64,000 nt of DNA. Origin: Candidatus Kaiserbacteria bacterium. Its GTDB lineage: Bacteria; Patescibacteriota; Minisyncoccia; Phycocordibacterales; UBA2100. Both the position numbers and the translations under genes were made by a program. The stretch lies in the NCBI GenBank assembly GCA_016186765.1, contig JACPLD010000005.1:13785-77784 (forward strand), given 5' to 3'. The first letter of the stretch is position 1. Every line of letters begins with the position of its first letter. Below the pieces are notes generated by a model. That model was not told the DNA's origin and made no database searches. It was given only the letters and a program-made list of their open reading frames with translations. Below, piece after piece: positions 28,214 through 37,165 of this stretch.

Positions 28214-29266
28214 ATGTTTCATTTACTGCAGCGTTATACGACCGAGAGCGTCACCTCGGGACATCCCGATAAGGTGTGCGATCAAATATCCGATGCCGTA
28301 CTCGACGCCTGTCTCACGCAGGATCCAAAATCGCGCGTCGCGGTTGAGTGTCTTGGGAGTCATGGCACGCTCCTTGTGGGGGGTGAAGTGACAACGAGCG
28401 CGAAAGTAGACTACGAGGCGATCGCGCGGCAGGTGTATCAAGACATCGGCTACGAAAACGATCTCGACATCTTGGTACGCGTGGCTGAGCAATCGCCCGA
28501 TATCGCTCTCGGCGTCGATAAGGATGGCGCGGGAGACCAAGGTATCATGTACGGCTATGCAACGGCAGAGACGCTGCAATACCTTCCTCGAGGTGTCGTT
28601 GCCGCGCACGCGCTCGCGCGGCATCTCGAAAAACTGCGTCGCGACGGCACGCTCCCGTGGTTGAAGCCCGATGGAAAAACACAGGTAACGATCCAAAACG
28701 GAGCCATACTCACAGCACTCACATCGACACAGCACGCTGAAGACGTTCCGCAGGAGGAAATCCGCGAAGCGCTTATCGAATATCTCTTCCGCCCGGTGCT
28801 CGGCTCGATCGAAGGAGTAGAAATACTCGTCAATCCCACGGGCAAATTCGTCCTTGGTGGATTCACGGCCGATGCCGGACTCACCGGGCGCAAAATTCAA
28901 GTGGACACCTACGGTGGCATCGCCCCTCACGGCGGAGGCTGCTTTTCTGGAAAAGACCCGACAAAAGTGGACCGCTCGGCCGCATACATGTGTCGATTTG
29001 CAGCAAAAAATCTCGTTGCAAACGGCTACGGGAAGAAAGTGCTCGTCTCTGTCGCCTACGCGATCGGCCGAGCAGAGCCGGTGATGATAGAGGCATTCAA
29101 CGACGAAGACAAAAATCTCACATCGCTCGTCGTGAAGCACTTCGACTTCCGTCCGCGCGCTATCATCGAGCGGTTGAATCTTCGCCGGCCGATCTACCGC
29201 GAAACCGCCGCCTACGGCCACTTCGGTGTTCCCGGAAGACCTTGGGAAGAGAGCATAAAGATTTAG
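28214..29266 (+). CDS. metK: S-adenosylmethionine synthetase
   Basis: ESVTSGHPDK, GAGDQG, GGGCFSGKDPTKVDRS. Confidence 0.98.
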   Translation: MFHLLQRYTTESVTSGHPDKVCDQISDAVLDACLTQDPKSRVAVECLGSHGTLLVGGEVTTSAKVDYEAIARQVYQDIGYENDLDILVRVAEQSPDIALGVDKDGAGDQGIMYGYATAETLQYLPRGVVAAHALARHLEKLRRDGTLPWLKPDGKTQVTIQNGAILTALTSTQHAEDVPQEEIREALIEYLFRPVLGSIEGVEILVNPTGKFVLGGFTADAGLTGRKIQVDTYGGIAPHGGGCFSGKDPTKVDRSAAYMCRFAAKNLVANGYGKKVLVSVAYAIGRAEPVMIEAFNDEDKNLTSLVVKHFDFRPRAIIERLNLRRPIYRETAAYGHFGVPGRPWEESIKI

Positions 29267-29273
29267 GCCGCCC

Positions 29274-29314
29274 GCCTTCGCGTGGCCGAAGCCTCGCTTC
29301 GGCGAGGCGAAGGC
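29274..29314. repeat. REP-like palindrome between convergent metK and glmS
   Basis: GCCTTCGC-GTG-GCCGAAGC-CTC-GCTTCGGC-GAG-GCGAAGGC. Confidence 0.7.
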
Positions 29315-29360
29315 CCGTGGGAAGAAATCATCAAAATCTAGTAGCCGGCGGGGCACGCCG

Positions 29361-31199
29361 TTATTCCACTGTCACCGACTTAGCAAGATTTCTGGGACGG
29401 TCGACGTTGTAGCCTTTATTACGGGCAAAATAGTAGGCGAAAAGCTGGAGCGGGATGACAGAGAGAATGGGCATGAGCATTTCAAGAGTCTCGGGAACGT
29501 AGAGCACGTCATCGGCGACTTTTCCAATTTCCTTATTCCCCTCTGTAGCAATTGCAACAACAGGTCCTTTCCGCGCCTTTATCTGCTGAATGGCGGAAAA
29601 AACTTTTTCGTAGACGGAATCTGAAGGCGCAAGCGCCATCGTGGGGAACTTCTCATCTATCATCGCCAAGGGGCCATGCTTCATCTCCCCCGCCCCGCAG
29701 CCTTCTGCGTGAATGTAGGAGATCTCTTTCAGCTTCAGCGCTCCTTCAAAGGCGACTGGATAATTGTATTTGCGTCCGATAAAGAGAAAGTCTCTTGCTT
29801 CCGAATATTTGCGAGCCAGTTTTTCAATCGCTCCTTTCCCTTTGAATATCTTCTGCGCTTTCGCGGGGAGCGCTTTCAGCTCTCTTGCGATCTTCTTCCC
29901 CTCAGAGGGCTGCATGCCGCGTTGTCTCCCCAAAAAGACAGTGAGAAGTGTTAGTGCGACAAGCTGTGAGACGAACGCTTTCGTGGAAGCAACACCGATC
30001 TCGGGGCCGGCGTGGTTGTAGACGCCTGCGTCAGTCTCGCGTGCGATCGTCGAGCCCACCGTGTTCACGATGCCGAGCGTGAGTGCCCCACGGCGTTTCC
30101 CTTCTCGAACGGCCTCGAGCGTGTCGAGTGTTTCTCCCGATTGCGAGATTGCGAGCACAACCGTCTTTTCGTTGATAACCGGTTTTCGGTAGCGGAATTC
30201 GCTGCCGAGCTCAACCTCGACCGGAATGCCGGCATGTTCCTCGAGCATGTACTCGCCTACCAATCCTGCGTAGTAGGCAGTGCCGCAGGCAACAATGATG
30301 ATGCGATCTATTTTTGCGAGCTGTTTTGCAACTCCCTCCAAACCACCGAGTTTCGCGAGTCCCTTTTCGGGAATAAGCCGACCACGCAGCGTGTTCTCGA
30401 TGACCTCTGCTCCCTCCATGATCTCTTTGAGCATGAAGTGCTCATAGCCCCCCTTTTGCGCTTGCTGCGCAGTCCATTCGATCTCCTCCGGTTTGCGTGA
30501 GACACGGCTCCCCTCGAGCTTGTAGACGGTGTGCGTATCGGGCGTAATGACAGCGACTTCCCCGTCTTCGAGAAAAATCACCTTCTTTGTGTGCGGAAGG
30601 ATGGGCGATGCGTCAGAAGCGATGAATCGCTCATGCTTGCCGACGCCGAGCACGATGGGAGAGCCCATGCGCGCGGCGATCAGCTTCTCCGGCTCTCCTT
30701 TGTACTGGATCGCCATGCCGTACGTGCCACGTATTTCTTTGAGAGCTGCGACAGCAGCTTTTTCAAATCCGCCTTTGGCGGATTTCGCTTTCTTGAGCTT
30801 CTCCTCAACGAGGTGCGCGAATACCTCGGTGTCGGACTCGGAAACGAACGTATGTCCTGCTTTCGTAAGTTTGTCTTTCAGCTCCTTGAAATTCTCGATA
30901 ATGCCGTTGTGTACGATCCAGATCTCACCCTGACAATCCGAGTGCGGATGCGCGTTCACTTTCGTCGGCTCACCGTGGGTCGCCCAGCGCAGGTGTGCAA
31001 TGCCACTTTTGCCATTAAATTTTTTCGGGACTTTCTTTTTGAGCTCGGCAACTGCACCCGGTGTTTTTATGCTCCCGCTCTCGGGCGTAAAAATTCCCGC
31101 GGAGTCATAGCCGCGGTACTCGAGCGACACGAGCCCCTGCAAAAGGACTTTCCCCGCGTCTTTACCGCTCTTTCCCGTGTATGCAAATATCCCGCACAT
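29361..31199 (-). CDS. glmS: glutamine--fructose-6-phosphate aminotransferase
   Basis: Starts MCGIF (catalytic Cys) at ATG 31199; EYRGYDSAG, HLRWATHG, PRNLAKSVTVE. Confidence 0.98.
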   Translation of the reverse strand: MCGIFAYTGKSGKDAGKVLLQGLVSLEYRGYDSAGIFTPESGSIKTPGAVAELKKKVPKKFNGKSGIAHLRWATHGEPTKVNAHPHSDCQGEIWIVHNGIIENFKELKDKLTKAGHTFVSESDTEVFAHLVEEKLKKAKSAKGGFEKAAVAALKEIRGTYGMAIQYKGEPEKLIAARMGSPIVLGVGKHERFIASDASPILPHTKKVIFLEDGEVAVITPDTHTVYKLEGSRVSRKPEEIEWTAQQAQKGGYEHFMLKEIMEGAEVIENTLRGRLIPEKGLAKLGGLEGVAKQLAKIDRIIIVACGTAYYAGLVGEYMLEEHAGIPVEVELGSEFRYRKPVINEKTVVLAISQSGETLDTLEAVREGKRRGALTLGIVNTVGSTIARETDAGVYNHAGPEIGVASTKAFVSQLVALTLLTVFLGRQRGMQPSEGKKIARELKALPAKAQKIFKGKGAIEKLARKYSEARDFLFIGRKYNYPVAFEGALKLKEISYIHAEGCGAGEMKHGPLAMIDEKFPTMALAPSDSVYEKVFSAIQQIKARKGPVVAIATEGNKEIGKVADDVLYVPETLEMLMPILSVIPLQLFAYYFARNKGYNVDRPRNLAKSVTVE

Positions 31200-31204
31200 A
31201 CCTG

Positions 31205-31483
31205 TCACACGAAATGACCTGATCGCAGGCCATTCGGTATTCGTCGCTTGAGCGCAGTACGCGCTCCGGCAGAATGCTTAAGATTATGTTCCCTCTGCTT
31301 CGCATCGGCCTGCGATACATACGCTTCGTAGTACAGCAGATCAAATGGTGCCCGAGGCTTCGTCGATTTACTCGGACGACCGATTTTGCCGTTATGTTCT
31401 AAAAAGCGCCTGCGAAGATCGTTCGTGTACCCTGTGTACAAGCGACTATCTCGACGACTTTTTATGACGTAGACGTAGAACAT
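31205..31483 (-). CDS. small GIY-YIG nuclease enclosed by inverted repeats
   Basis: MFYVYVIKS..LYTGYTNDLRRRFLEHN..YYEAY..A..RE..LK; IR arms at 31198-31220 and 31488-31511. Confidence 0.9.
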   Translation of the reverse strand: MFYVYVIKSRRDSRLYTGYTNDLRRRFLEHNGKIGRPSKSTKPRAPFDLLYYEAYVSQADAKQREHNLKHSAGARTALKRRIPNGLRSGHFV

Positions 31484-31570
31484 AACGAGGTCATTTCGTG
31501 TGTACAGGCATAGCCATTAGACGGACAATGTAGCACGATTGTTGGAAAATCTGGAGCTCGATTTGGAGGA

Positions 31571-32641
31571 TCAGGCGTCTGGGTATGTTTCTTTGATCTC
31601 TCTTGCTAAGTAGGGGTTCCACATGGCGCCAGTTGCGCTCATGACGAGGTCTGCTCCCGCCTCGCGATACTCTTTGAAATCCTTCGGCGTCATGACACCG
31701 CCGACGCCGATGATCGCGTAGCGCATGCTAAGCTCATCGCGCAGACGCTTGAGTCGGCGCACCATGTCGAGACCTGCCCACTTTATCGCGCGCCCACAGA
31801 TTCCGCTCCTTACCCTATGTGCACCGGGAAGTGCCTGTGTCCCGTCGGGATTGACGACAGGAGCGGGGATTGTGTTGATTGCCGAGTAGCCGTCGACAAT
31901 GCTGCCGGTTTCCTTTACAAGCTCCCGCAATTCATTTTCCCCGAAATATGCCAGCTTCGCGACAAGCGGCGTGTCGCCGATTTTATTCTTGATCGCGTCT
32001 GAAACAATTTTCACTTTCGGTACATCGAAACACAGGAGCTGGGCGGCACCTTCGTTCGGGCATGAGAAATTCACCTCAACCACACGAACGCCGGCATCTT
32101 TCATCATCTGCATGCCGTTTGCCCAGTCATCGATGTAGTCTTGATGCGAAAACCCATCCCACTTCGTTCCTTCAAAACTACACATGACGAGTTGGCCCGG
32201 CTTCGCGTATGCCACAGCATCGGCGAGATCTCTCATCCAGACTTCTGGATCGTATGAGGGATTGCCGAAAGAGTTGGTAATCGAAAGTGGCTCTTTGTAT
32301 TCGTCTCGCACAACGATAGACTTTTGCGCGCGCTCGATCGTGAGATCGCCTTCAATCTCAGCGCCTAGAACATTCGGCCATTCGTTGCACTTCCGAATGC
32401 GACTGCGAACTGTCTTGTGAACAGGAACATCAAATCCTTTGTCGAGCGCTGCCATAACAAATTTTCCATTCAGGAGTGGCCCTGCTGGGATCCCGATTGG
32501 ATATGAGATTTTCTGTCCCAAAAAATCAAACCGCGGCACGGCCATCGGGAGCTTCACGCCATCTTGAAAATCCCCGAAAGGTCCCTTCTCCCAATTCTCA
32601 TAGTACGTTTTTGCTGGATCGTAGAACGGCGTACGGAGCAT
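31571..32641 (-). CDS. dihydroorotate dehydrogenase-like FMN TIM-barrel protein
   Basis: GIPAGP, EVNFSCPN, AINT, GICG, IIGVGG. Confidence 0.8.
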   Translation of the reverse strand: MLRTPFYDPAKTYYENWEKGPFGDFQDGVKLPMAVPRFDFLGQKISYPIGIPAGPLLNGKFVMAALDKGFDVPVHKTVRSRIRKCNEWPNVLGAEIEGDLTIERAQKSIVVRDEYKEPLSITNSFGNPSYDPEVWMRDLADAVAYAKPGQLVMCSFEGTKWDGFSHQDYIDDWANGMQMMKDAGVRVVEVNFSCPNEGAAQLLCFDVPKVKIVSDAIKNKIGDTPLVAKLAYFGENELRELVKETGSIVDGYSAINTIPAPVVNPDGTQALPGAHRVRSGICGRAIKWAGLDMVRRLKRLRDELSMRYAIIGVGGVMTPKDFKEYREAGADLVMSATGAMWNPYLAREIKETYPDA

Positions 32642-32673
32642 CGCGTTGAGTATAGACCTGCCCTCAAAGCGGC

Positions 32674-33294
32674 TCAAGCGGCCTCGGTGAGCGGAGTCGC
32701 TTCCACGCGGTTCCTCCCGGCCTTCTTCGCATGGTAGAGGGCGGCATCCGCCTGCTCATACAGCCAATTGAAATTCAGGGACGTAGCGGTCTCGGCAATG
32801 CCGATGCTCGCCGTTACTGGTTCGCCATCCGGCCGTTGCACGGAAGTCTCGATGTCGGCGCGAATGGCTTCCGCCCGCCCGGAAACGGCACCATTGGGAT
32901 TCACCATGCCAATAGCAAACTCCTCGCCTCCCAACCGCCCCACGATGTCCGACGAACGCTCGATGTGCTTTTTCAGAACGGCGGCAACCGACCGCAGCAC
33001 CTCGTCGCCCGCAGGGTGCCCGAATGTGTCATTGATGGATTTGAACCTGTCGATGTCGACGATAAGCAGCGAAACACTCTCCAAACCCGTATCTCCCCTG
33101 CGTTCTCGCTTGAAGCCCTCGAGGATGGCATTCACTTTCTGCTCGAACGCCCGGCGATTCAAAAGACCAGTGAGTGCATCGGTGGACGATTTCTCCTGGA
33201 GATCGCGTACTCGTCCTTTGAGTTCTTCCGCACGCCACTCGAATATTTTCGCTTTTCTTTTCTCTTTCGAGAAATCCGGAGCGCCTCTTTCCAT
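32674..33294 (-). CDS. GGDEF diguanylate cyclase
   Basis: DALTGLLNRR, DIDRFKSINDTFGH, GGEEF; start at MERGAP, 6 nt downstream of TATACT. Confidence 0.92.
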   Translation of the reverse strand: MERGAPDFSKEKRKAKIFEWRAEELKGRVRDLQEKSSTDALTGLLNRRAFEQKVNAILEGFKRERRGDTGLESVSLLIVDIDRFKSINDTFGHPAGDEVLRSVAAVLKKHIERSSDIVGRLGGEEFAIGMVNPNGAVSGRAEAIRADIETSVQRPDGEPVTASIGIAETATSLNFNWLYEQADAALYHAKKAGRNRVEATPLTEAA

Positions 33295-33315
33295 GAGGCT
33301 AGTATAGCGCGGGTC

Positions 33316-33404
33316 GCGGCGCCGCAAATATCGGCGTTCGAGGACTGTTTGACCCGCCGGCTGGCGGGGAGTTCCGCAGAATGCAGATATTTGCGGCGCG
33401 AAGC
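33316..33404 (+). repeat. long hairpin with nested CCCGCC/GGCGGG palindrome; probable divergent relative of the ~110-nt repeat
   Basis: Perfect 14-bp stem GCGCCGCAAATATC/GATATTTGCGGCGC; shares GTTCGAGGA with copy 4; 5 nt from the sortase stop. Confidence 0.65.
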
Positions 33405-33409
33405 AACCT

Positions 33410-34036
33410 TCAACCGGAAACAAGTTCGGCGTACACGACGAGCCGCTCGTCGTAGCTTCGCTCGCTCTGAAGCCACTTTCCGCTGCAGGTGATGAGGTTG
33501 AGGCGCGGCAAGTCGCTTCGAGAAAAGAGCACCTTGAGGGGAACAAGCGTGTACGGATACCTCTGTATCTCGACGACCCTGAAATGCAGCTCTTCCCCGT
33601 CCTGCGCTTCGACAAAGATATCGTCGCCGATCCTCATCTTGTCGAGCTCTTTGAAAACTCCCGGAAGTCCGAGAGCGTTATCGACATGCCCTGTAACGAC
33701 CGCGCTCCCCGTAAAGCCGGGGGTCGTTCCGTACTTGTACCATCCCACATCGACAAAATTGCTTGGTGCCGCCATGTTCCCCTTTGCATTTACTCCTACG
33801 TGCTGAATAAATGCATCGATTTCGAGCGACGGCACGCGAAGGCGAGCAGGTTGATCTTCGGGCAACGCTCTCTTTTCTTCCGGCACCTGCTCGATCTCGG
33901 GCACCGGGACTTCGGTATCCGGCGAGTACCAAAGTGCTCCCATGAGCGTGTCGGCAAATACGGCAAGCGCAGCGAGCGTTACGATACCCGCGCTAATCTG
34001 CAGCGCATACCTCCGAATACCTATGCTCATGGACAA
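33410..34036 (-). CDS. class F sortase
   Basis: VGWY..TTPG..GSAVVTGHVD, LNLITC. Confidence 0.9.
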   Translation of the reverse strand: MSMSIGIRRYALQISAGIVTLAALAVFADTLMGALWYSPDTEVPVPEIEQVPEEKRALPEDQPARLRVPSLEIDAFIQHVGVNAKGNMAAPSNFVDVGWYKYGTTPGFTGSAVVTGHVDNALGLPGVFKELDKMRIGDDIFVEAQDGEELHFRVVEIQRYPYTLVPLKVLFSRSDLPRLNLITCSGKWLQSERSYDERLVVYAELVSG

Positions 34037-34099
34037 AGGGCATCACCCTTCGCCCGGGATTCTACTGCGATATGTGAGAGCTGTACACGTAGGGCTCGG

Positions 34100-34375
34100 T
34101 CAGTCGGGTATCGTGCACGTGCCATCGCGGAAAAGCGCCCACTCTTCGCACACGCGTCCGTCGGGCATGTGGCACAAACCGATCTGACCTTCTGCCTCAT
34201 CAACGATCTCAAGAGTTCCCCCGAGGTTGACACAATTCGTCGACGCGGGATTTGCGATTCCCATCATCTCCTCCTCTGTATCACTTCCCGCTTGCGGATA
34301 CATCTGCGTGTAGTACACGAGGCCGCTAATAACGATGATCACAATCGCGATCCACATCCATGCCTGTTTGGACAT
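34100..34375 (-). CDS. DUF333 domain protein
   Basis: IANPASTNCVNLGG...GLCHMPDGRVCEEWALFR. Confidence 0.9.
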   Translation of the reverse strand: MSKQAWMWIAIVIIVISGLVYYTQMYPQAGSDTEEEMMGIANPASTNCVNLGGTLEIVDEAEGQIGLCHMPDGRVCEEWALFRDGTCTIPD

Positions 34376-34380
34376 ACTCG

Positions 34381-34551
34381 CTACTTCATCCGCACGCCCT
34401 TGAATGCCTTCCCCTTCTTCGCCATTTGGTCCATGAAGCGACCGTCTTTGTTGTTCACCTTCGTCCAGCGCTTGTTGCGGCCGGAAAGAACCTGCGATCG
34501 ATATCGCACTTCGCCCTTGCGGCCGTGCCCTTTTCGCGCATTGTGTGCCAT
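34381..34551 (-). CDS. 56-aa highly basic microprotein
   Basis: MAHNARKGHGRKGEVRYRSQVLSGRNKRWTKVNNKDGRFMDQMAKKGKAFKGVRMK*; missed by the track. Confidence 0.7.
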   Translation of the reverse strand: MAHNARKGHGRKGEVRYRSQVLSGRNKRWTKVNNKDGRFMDQMAKKGKAFKGVRMK

Positions 34552-34589
34552 ATGTGTATTTTACCGCGTCCGAAAAAACAGCAAGTACG

Positions 34590-35144
34590 TTATCCACCGG
34601 CTTGCCACGTCGATATGAATTCGGGCTGGACGAAAAACCCAAGTATATTGAGGAAAAGGTTGTCGCGGATGGAAAATCCGACGAAGAGCTCGAGTCCTAT
34701 CCCGAGTGCGATGATCGCAAGAACAGGCAGACGCCATGCGAGCACGAATCCGAGCGTTTCTCCGAGCGTGTCGACAAGCGAATTGATGATGCTATCGCCC
34801 ACGTAGCCTTGCGCGAGTGCCTGCTGCCGGTAGTGCTCAATGAGCCACGGCGTATTCTCGACTATTTCCCATCCCACCTCGATGCCGAGCGCAATAAGAA
34901 ATCTCGTTGCGACAGGCATGCGCGGAAAAAAATACCAAAGCGCGAGGTAGAAAAGGAAGCCATGAATGATGTGCGAGAAGGTGTACCAATCCGTAAGGTG
35001 TTGCGAATTGCCGCTGCCGAGCACGGCGCCTTCCCACAGCTTCACGTATCCGCATTCGCAAATGGCAGGCTGTCCAAAAAGAAAAAGTGCGAGCGCCTGT
35101 GTCGCCAAGAGAAGTGCCGAGAGTATTACGACATTCTGAAGCAT
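34590..35144 (-). CDS. DUF2585 family membrane protein
   Basis: ICECGYVKLW, NSQHLTDWYTFSHIIHG, GDSIINS, RDNL. Confidence 0.92.
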   Translation of the reverse strand: MLQNVVILSALLLATQALALFLFGQPAICECGYVKLWEGAVLGSGNSQHLTDWYTFSHIIHGFLFYLALWYFFPRMPVATRFLIALGIEVGWEIVENTPWLIEHYRQQALAQGYVGDSIINSLVDTLGETLGFVLAWRLPVLAIIALGIGLELFVGFSIRDNLFLNILGFFVQPEFISTWQAGG

Positions 35145-35266
35145 TAGCCAAGGAAGGAGCCAACAGTGACACCGACCGCTATTGCCACACCTGAAAGCAG
35201 CCCGACGGTCGAAACCAGACTATCCTCGACACCAAAAATGAAATTCCGAAAATACGTCGCCTGCAT
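35144..35266 (-). pseudogene. internally deleted VIT1/CCC1 transporter minigene (40 aa)
   Basis: MQATYFRNFIFGVEDSLVSTVGLLSGVAIAVGVTVGSFLG*; VIT N-terminal signature joined to a C-terminus-like tail; TAATG overlap with DUF2585. Confidence 0.7.
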
Positions 35267-35312
35267 CAGGAAATCATAGCATCGTCTCCAATACAGATTG
35301 CACCGAGGAACC

Positions 35313-35729
35313 TTATTGTGTCAGGTCGCCGCAGGCGACGTAGATGTCCGCTTCTTCGGAAGATTTGTGGACATTGAGCGCAAGCGGAAGTTGCGCGAGG
35401 AGCGCATCGAGCGAAACATCAAGTGTCGTTTCGGAAACGCCATCGACAGGGAAGGTCAGCGGATACACCACGCCGCCGATATTCGCGCAGGAGCCCGAGT
35501 GAATGTGCGCCGGTTGCACTATGCCTGACGGTGCGTCGGTAAGGTCAAGCTCCACGAGAGTGCTTCCATCCATAGCAGTAAGCGTGGCCGTCCCGGACAT
35601 CCCCGAATCATTCTGGGCGCTCAAGGCAACGACGATAGGCTGTGAAGAACCTCCGGATTGGCTCATGTACAAATAAATTCCCCCGACAACGACGACTGCA
35701 ACGATGACCCAAATACCTATATTTTTCAT
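35313..35729 (-). CDS. CHRD-like secreted protein
   Basis: QPAHIHSGSC...LNVHKS...VACG. Confidence 0.75.
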   Translation of the reverse strand: MKNIGIWVIVAVVVVGGIYLYMSQSGGSSQPIVVALSAQNDSGMSGTATLTAMDGSTLVELDLTDAPSGIVQPAHIHSGSCANIGGVVYPLTFPVDGVSETTLDVSLDALLAQLPLALNVHKSSEEADIYVACGDLTQ

Positions 35730-36055
35730 ACCATGCGTTTATAAGTAGTAATAAATATACGCCTTCATTCGACGTTTTTACTATAGCACTGCGGCCTCAG
35801 GTCAACCAAACAGCATTAAATAACTTCCGCAACGGTTTTCATATTCCTATCCCCACTACTACCCTGCCGATTAGTTTCGCCATTTTCCGTCTCTCACTCC
35901 GAACATCCATACACCATGCATGACCCTTCAACTCAATTAAAGCTTCGAGGTACTTTTCAAGCGCTTTCCGGAAAGTGTTGCTATCAGGTATACGAGTTTC
36001 TTTGTCGATCGCCCTCATTCCCCGATCCTTGATCGAATCGAAGAATTGTCAAGCC

Positions 36056-37165
36056 CTATAGCTTGGAGAACCCGAGATCTTGGCCAACGGGCTTGACCTT
36101 TCCATCACTAACTACAGCGACGCCTAGCTCAAGTGAGTTGATAAAATTGACATACCCTTTATCGCCAGGCTCACGAGATGGAACTAAAATTCTATACTCA
36201 TCTTTAAATTCGATGTTCTTCTCGTCCTTAAATTTTCTGATGTCGAAGTAGTTATACTCAAAAAGCTGAACTATTCCCTTGCGTGCTTGAGATCTAAAGT
36301 TCTTACTCTCTGTACTTTTTACCTCGAAAAGGAACGAGCGTTTTCCGTTATGCGCAAATAAGTCAACAAACTCATTCGAGAGAGTGTTGTAACCTTTTGC
36401 TCTAAAGACATCGATAAGTTGCTGAACTATCGAATAATGTGTTGATTCGGCCCGAGCAAGAATGTCGTTATCGCGCTTAACGAGAGAATAGGGTTTTGTG
36501 ATGATTCGCTTGTTCACTTCCTCTAAAAACCTAAGAGAAGCAGCATGACGTAATGTTTCCGTTGCATTTTTCACTTCAAAGAAGTCTGACGGCTTCTCTT
36601 CGACCGTGCCACGTGTTGAGTGTCCTGAGTAAAGATAGAGGGGCCTCTTTTTGAACAAAATCTGTTCTGCGACTTCTCGTGAGACAGAGGAGAAGCTCCC
36701 CATCTGCGGAAATCCTCGAACCTCGGATATTGGTACGCGACCAGAAACAAGCTGATCAACAAGTCTCGACGTTTGTGTATCATTACTTGGAGTTGGTGAC
36801 TCCCATATGGCAGGATCGGGCAATTCGCTAAACAAATAAATTTCGGTTAGAGGTATCAGCAATGGCCATCGGTTCTCGTTGTTCTTTATTTCATAGTGCC
36901 ACAAATTGTTGTTTTTCTTGGAGAAATGGAAGCCGACTACGCCGATTCCTATAATTCCGGAAGTGGCATTTGGAAATGCCGATGCCTGCGGCCCCGTGCT
37001 GTGAATAAAGAAAATGTCTCCTGTTTGAATTTTCTTCCATCTTTCTCGATGACTTTCCTCGAGTCCCCAGGTCATGTATTTGACCGCGGTCAACCAGTGC
37101 TCGGGTGGGCCAGTAAATCTGAAAAATTGCTTCGTATCAAGCGCAGGAGTAAAGTCTGCATTCAT
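36056..37165 (-). CDS. EVE/PUA-like domain fused to a PD-(D/E)XK nuclease
   Basis: N-terminus TWGL...WKKIQTGDIFFIH...GIIGIGVV; C-terminus VDLF...FEVKS...GIVQLFEY. Confidence 0.7.
   Translation of the reverse strand: MNADFTPALDTKQFFRFTGPPEHWLTAVKYMTWGLEESHRERWKKIQTGDIFFIHSTGPQASAFPNATSGIIGIGVVGFHFSKKNNNLWHYEIKNNENRWPLLIPLTEIYLFSELPDPAIWESPTPSNDTQTSRLVDQLVSGRVPISEVRGFPQMGSFSSVSREVAEQILFKKRPLYLYSGHSTRGTVEEKPSDFFEVKNATETLRHAASLRFLEEVNKRIITKPYSLVKRDNDILARAESTHYSIVQQLIDVFRAKGYNTLSNEFVDLFAHNGKRSFLFEVKSTESKNFRSQARKGIVQLFEYNYFDIRKFKDEKNIEFKDEYRILVPSREPGDKGYVNFINSLELGVAVVSDGKVKPVGQDLGFSKL

Noticed and set aside
31200-31560. glmS ribozyme
   Set aside because: No glmS ribozyme core consensus; the leader is occupied by the GIY-YIG element.
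35839-36018. 59-aa ORF (MRAIDKETRIP...) downstream of the nuclease
   Set aside because: No recognisable motif; it cannot be distinguished from a chance ORF or a decayed fragment.
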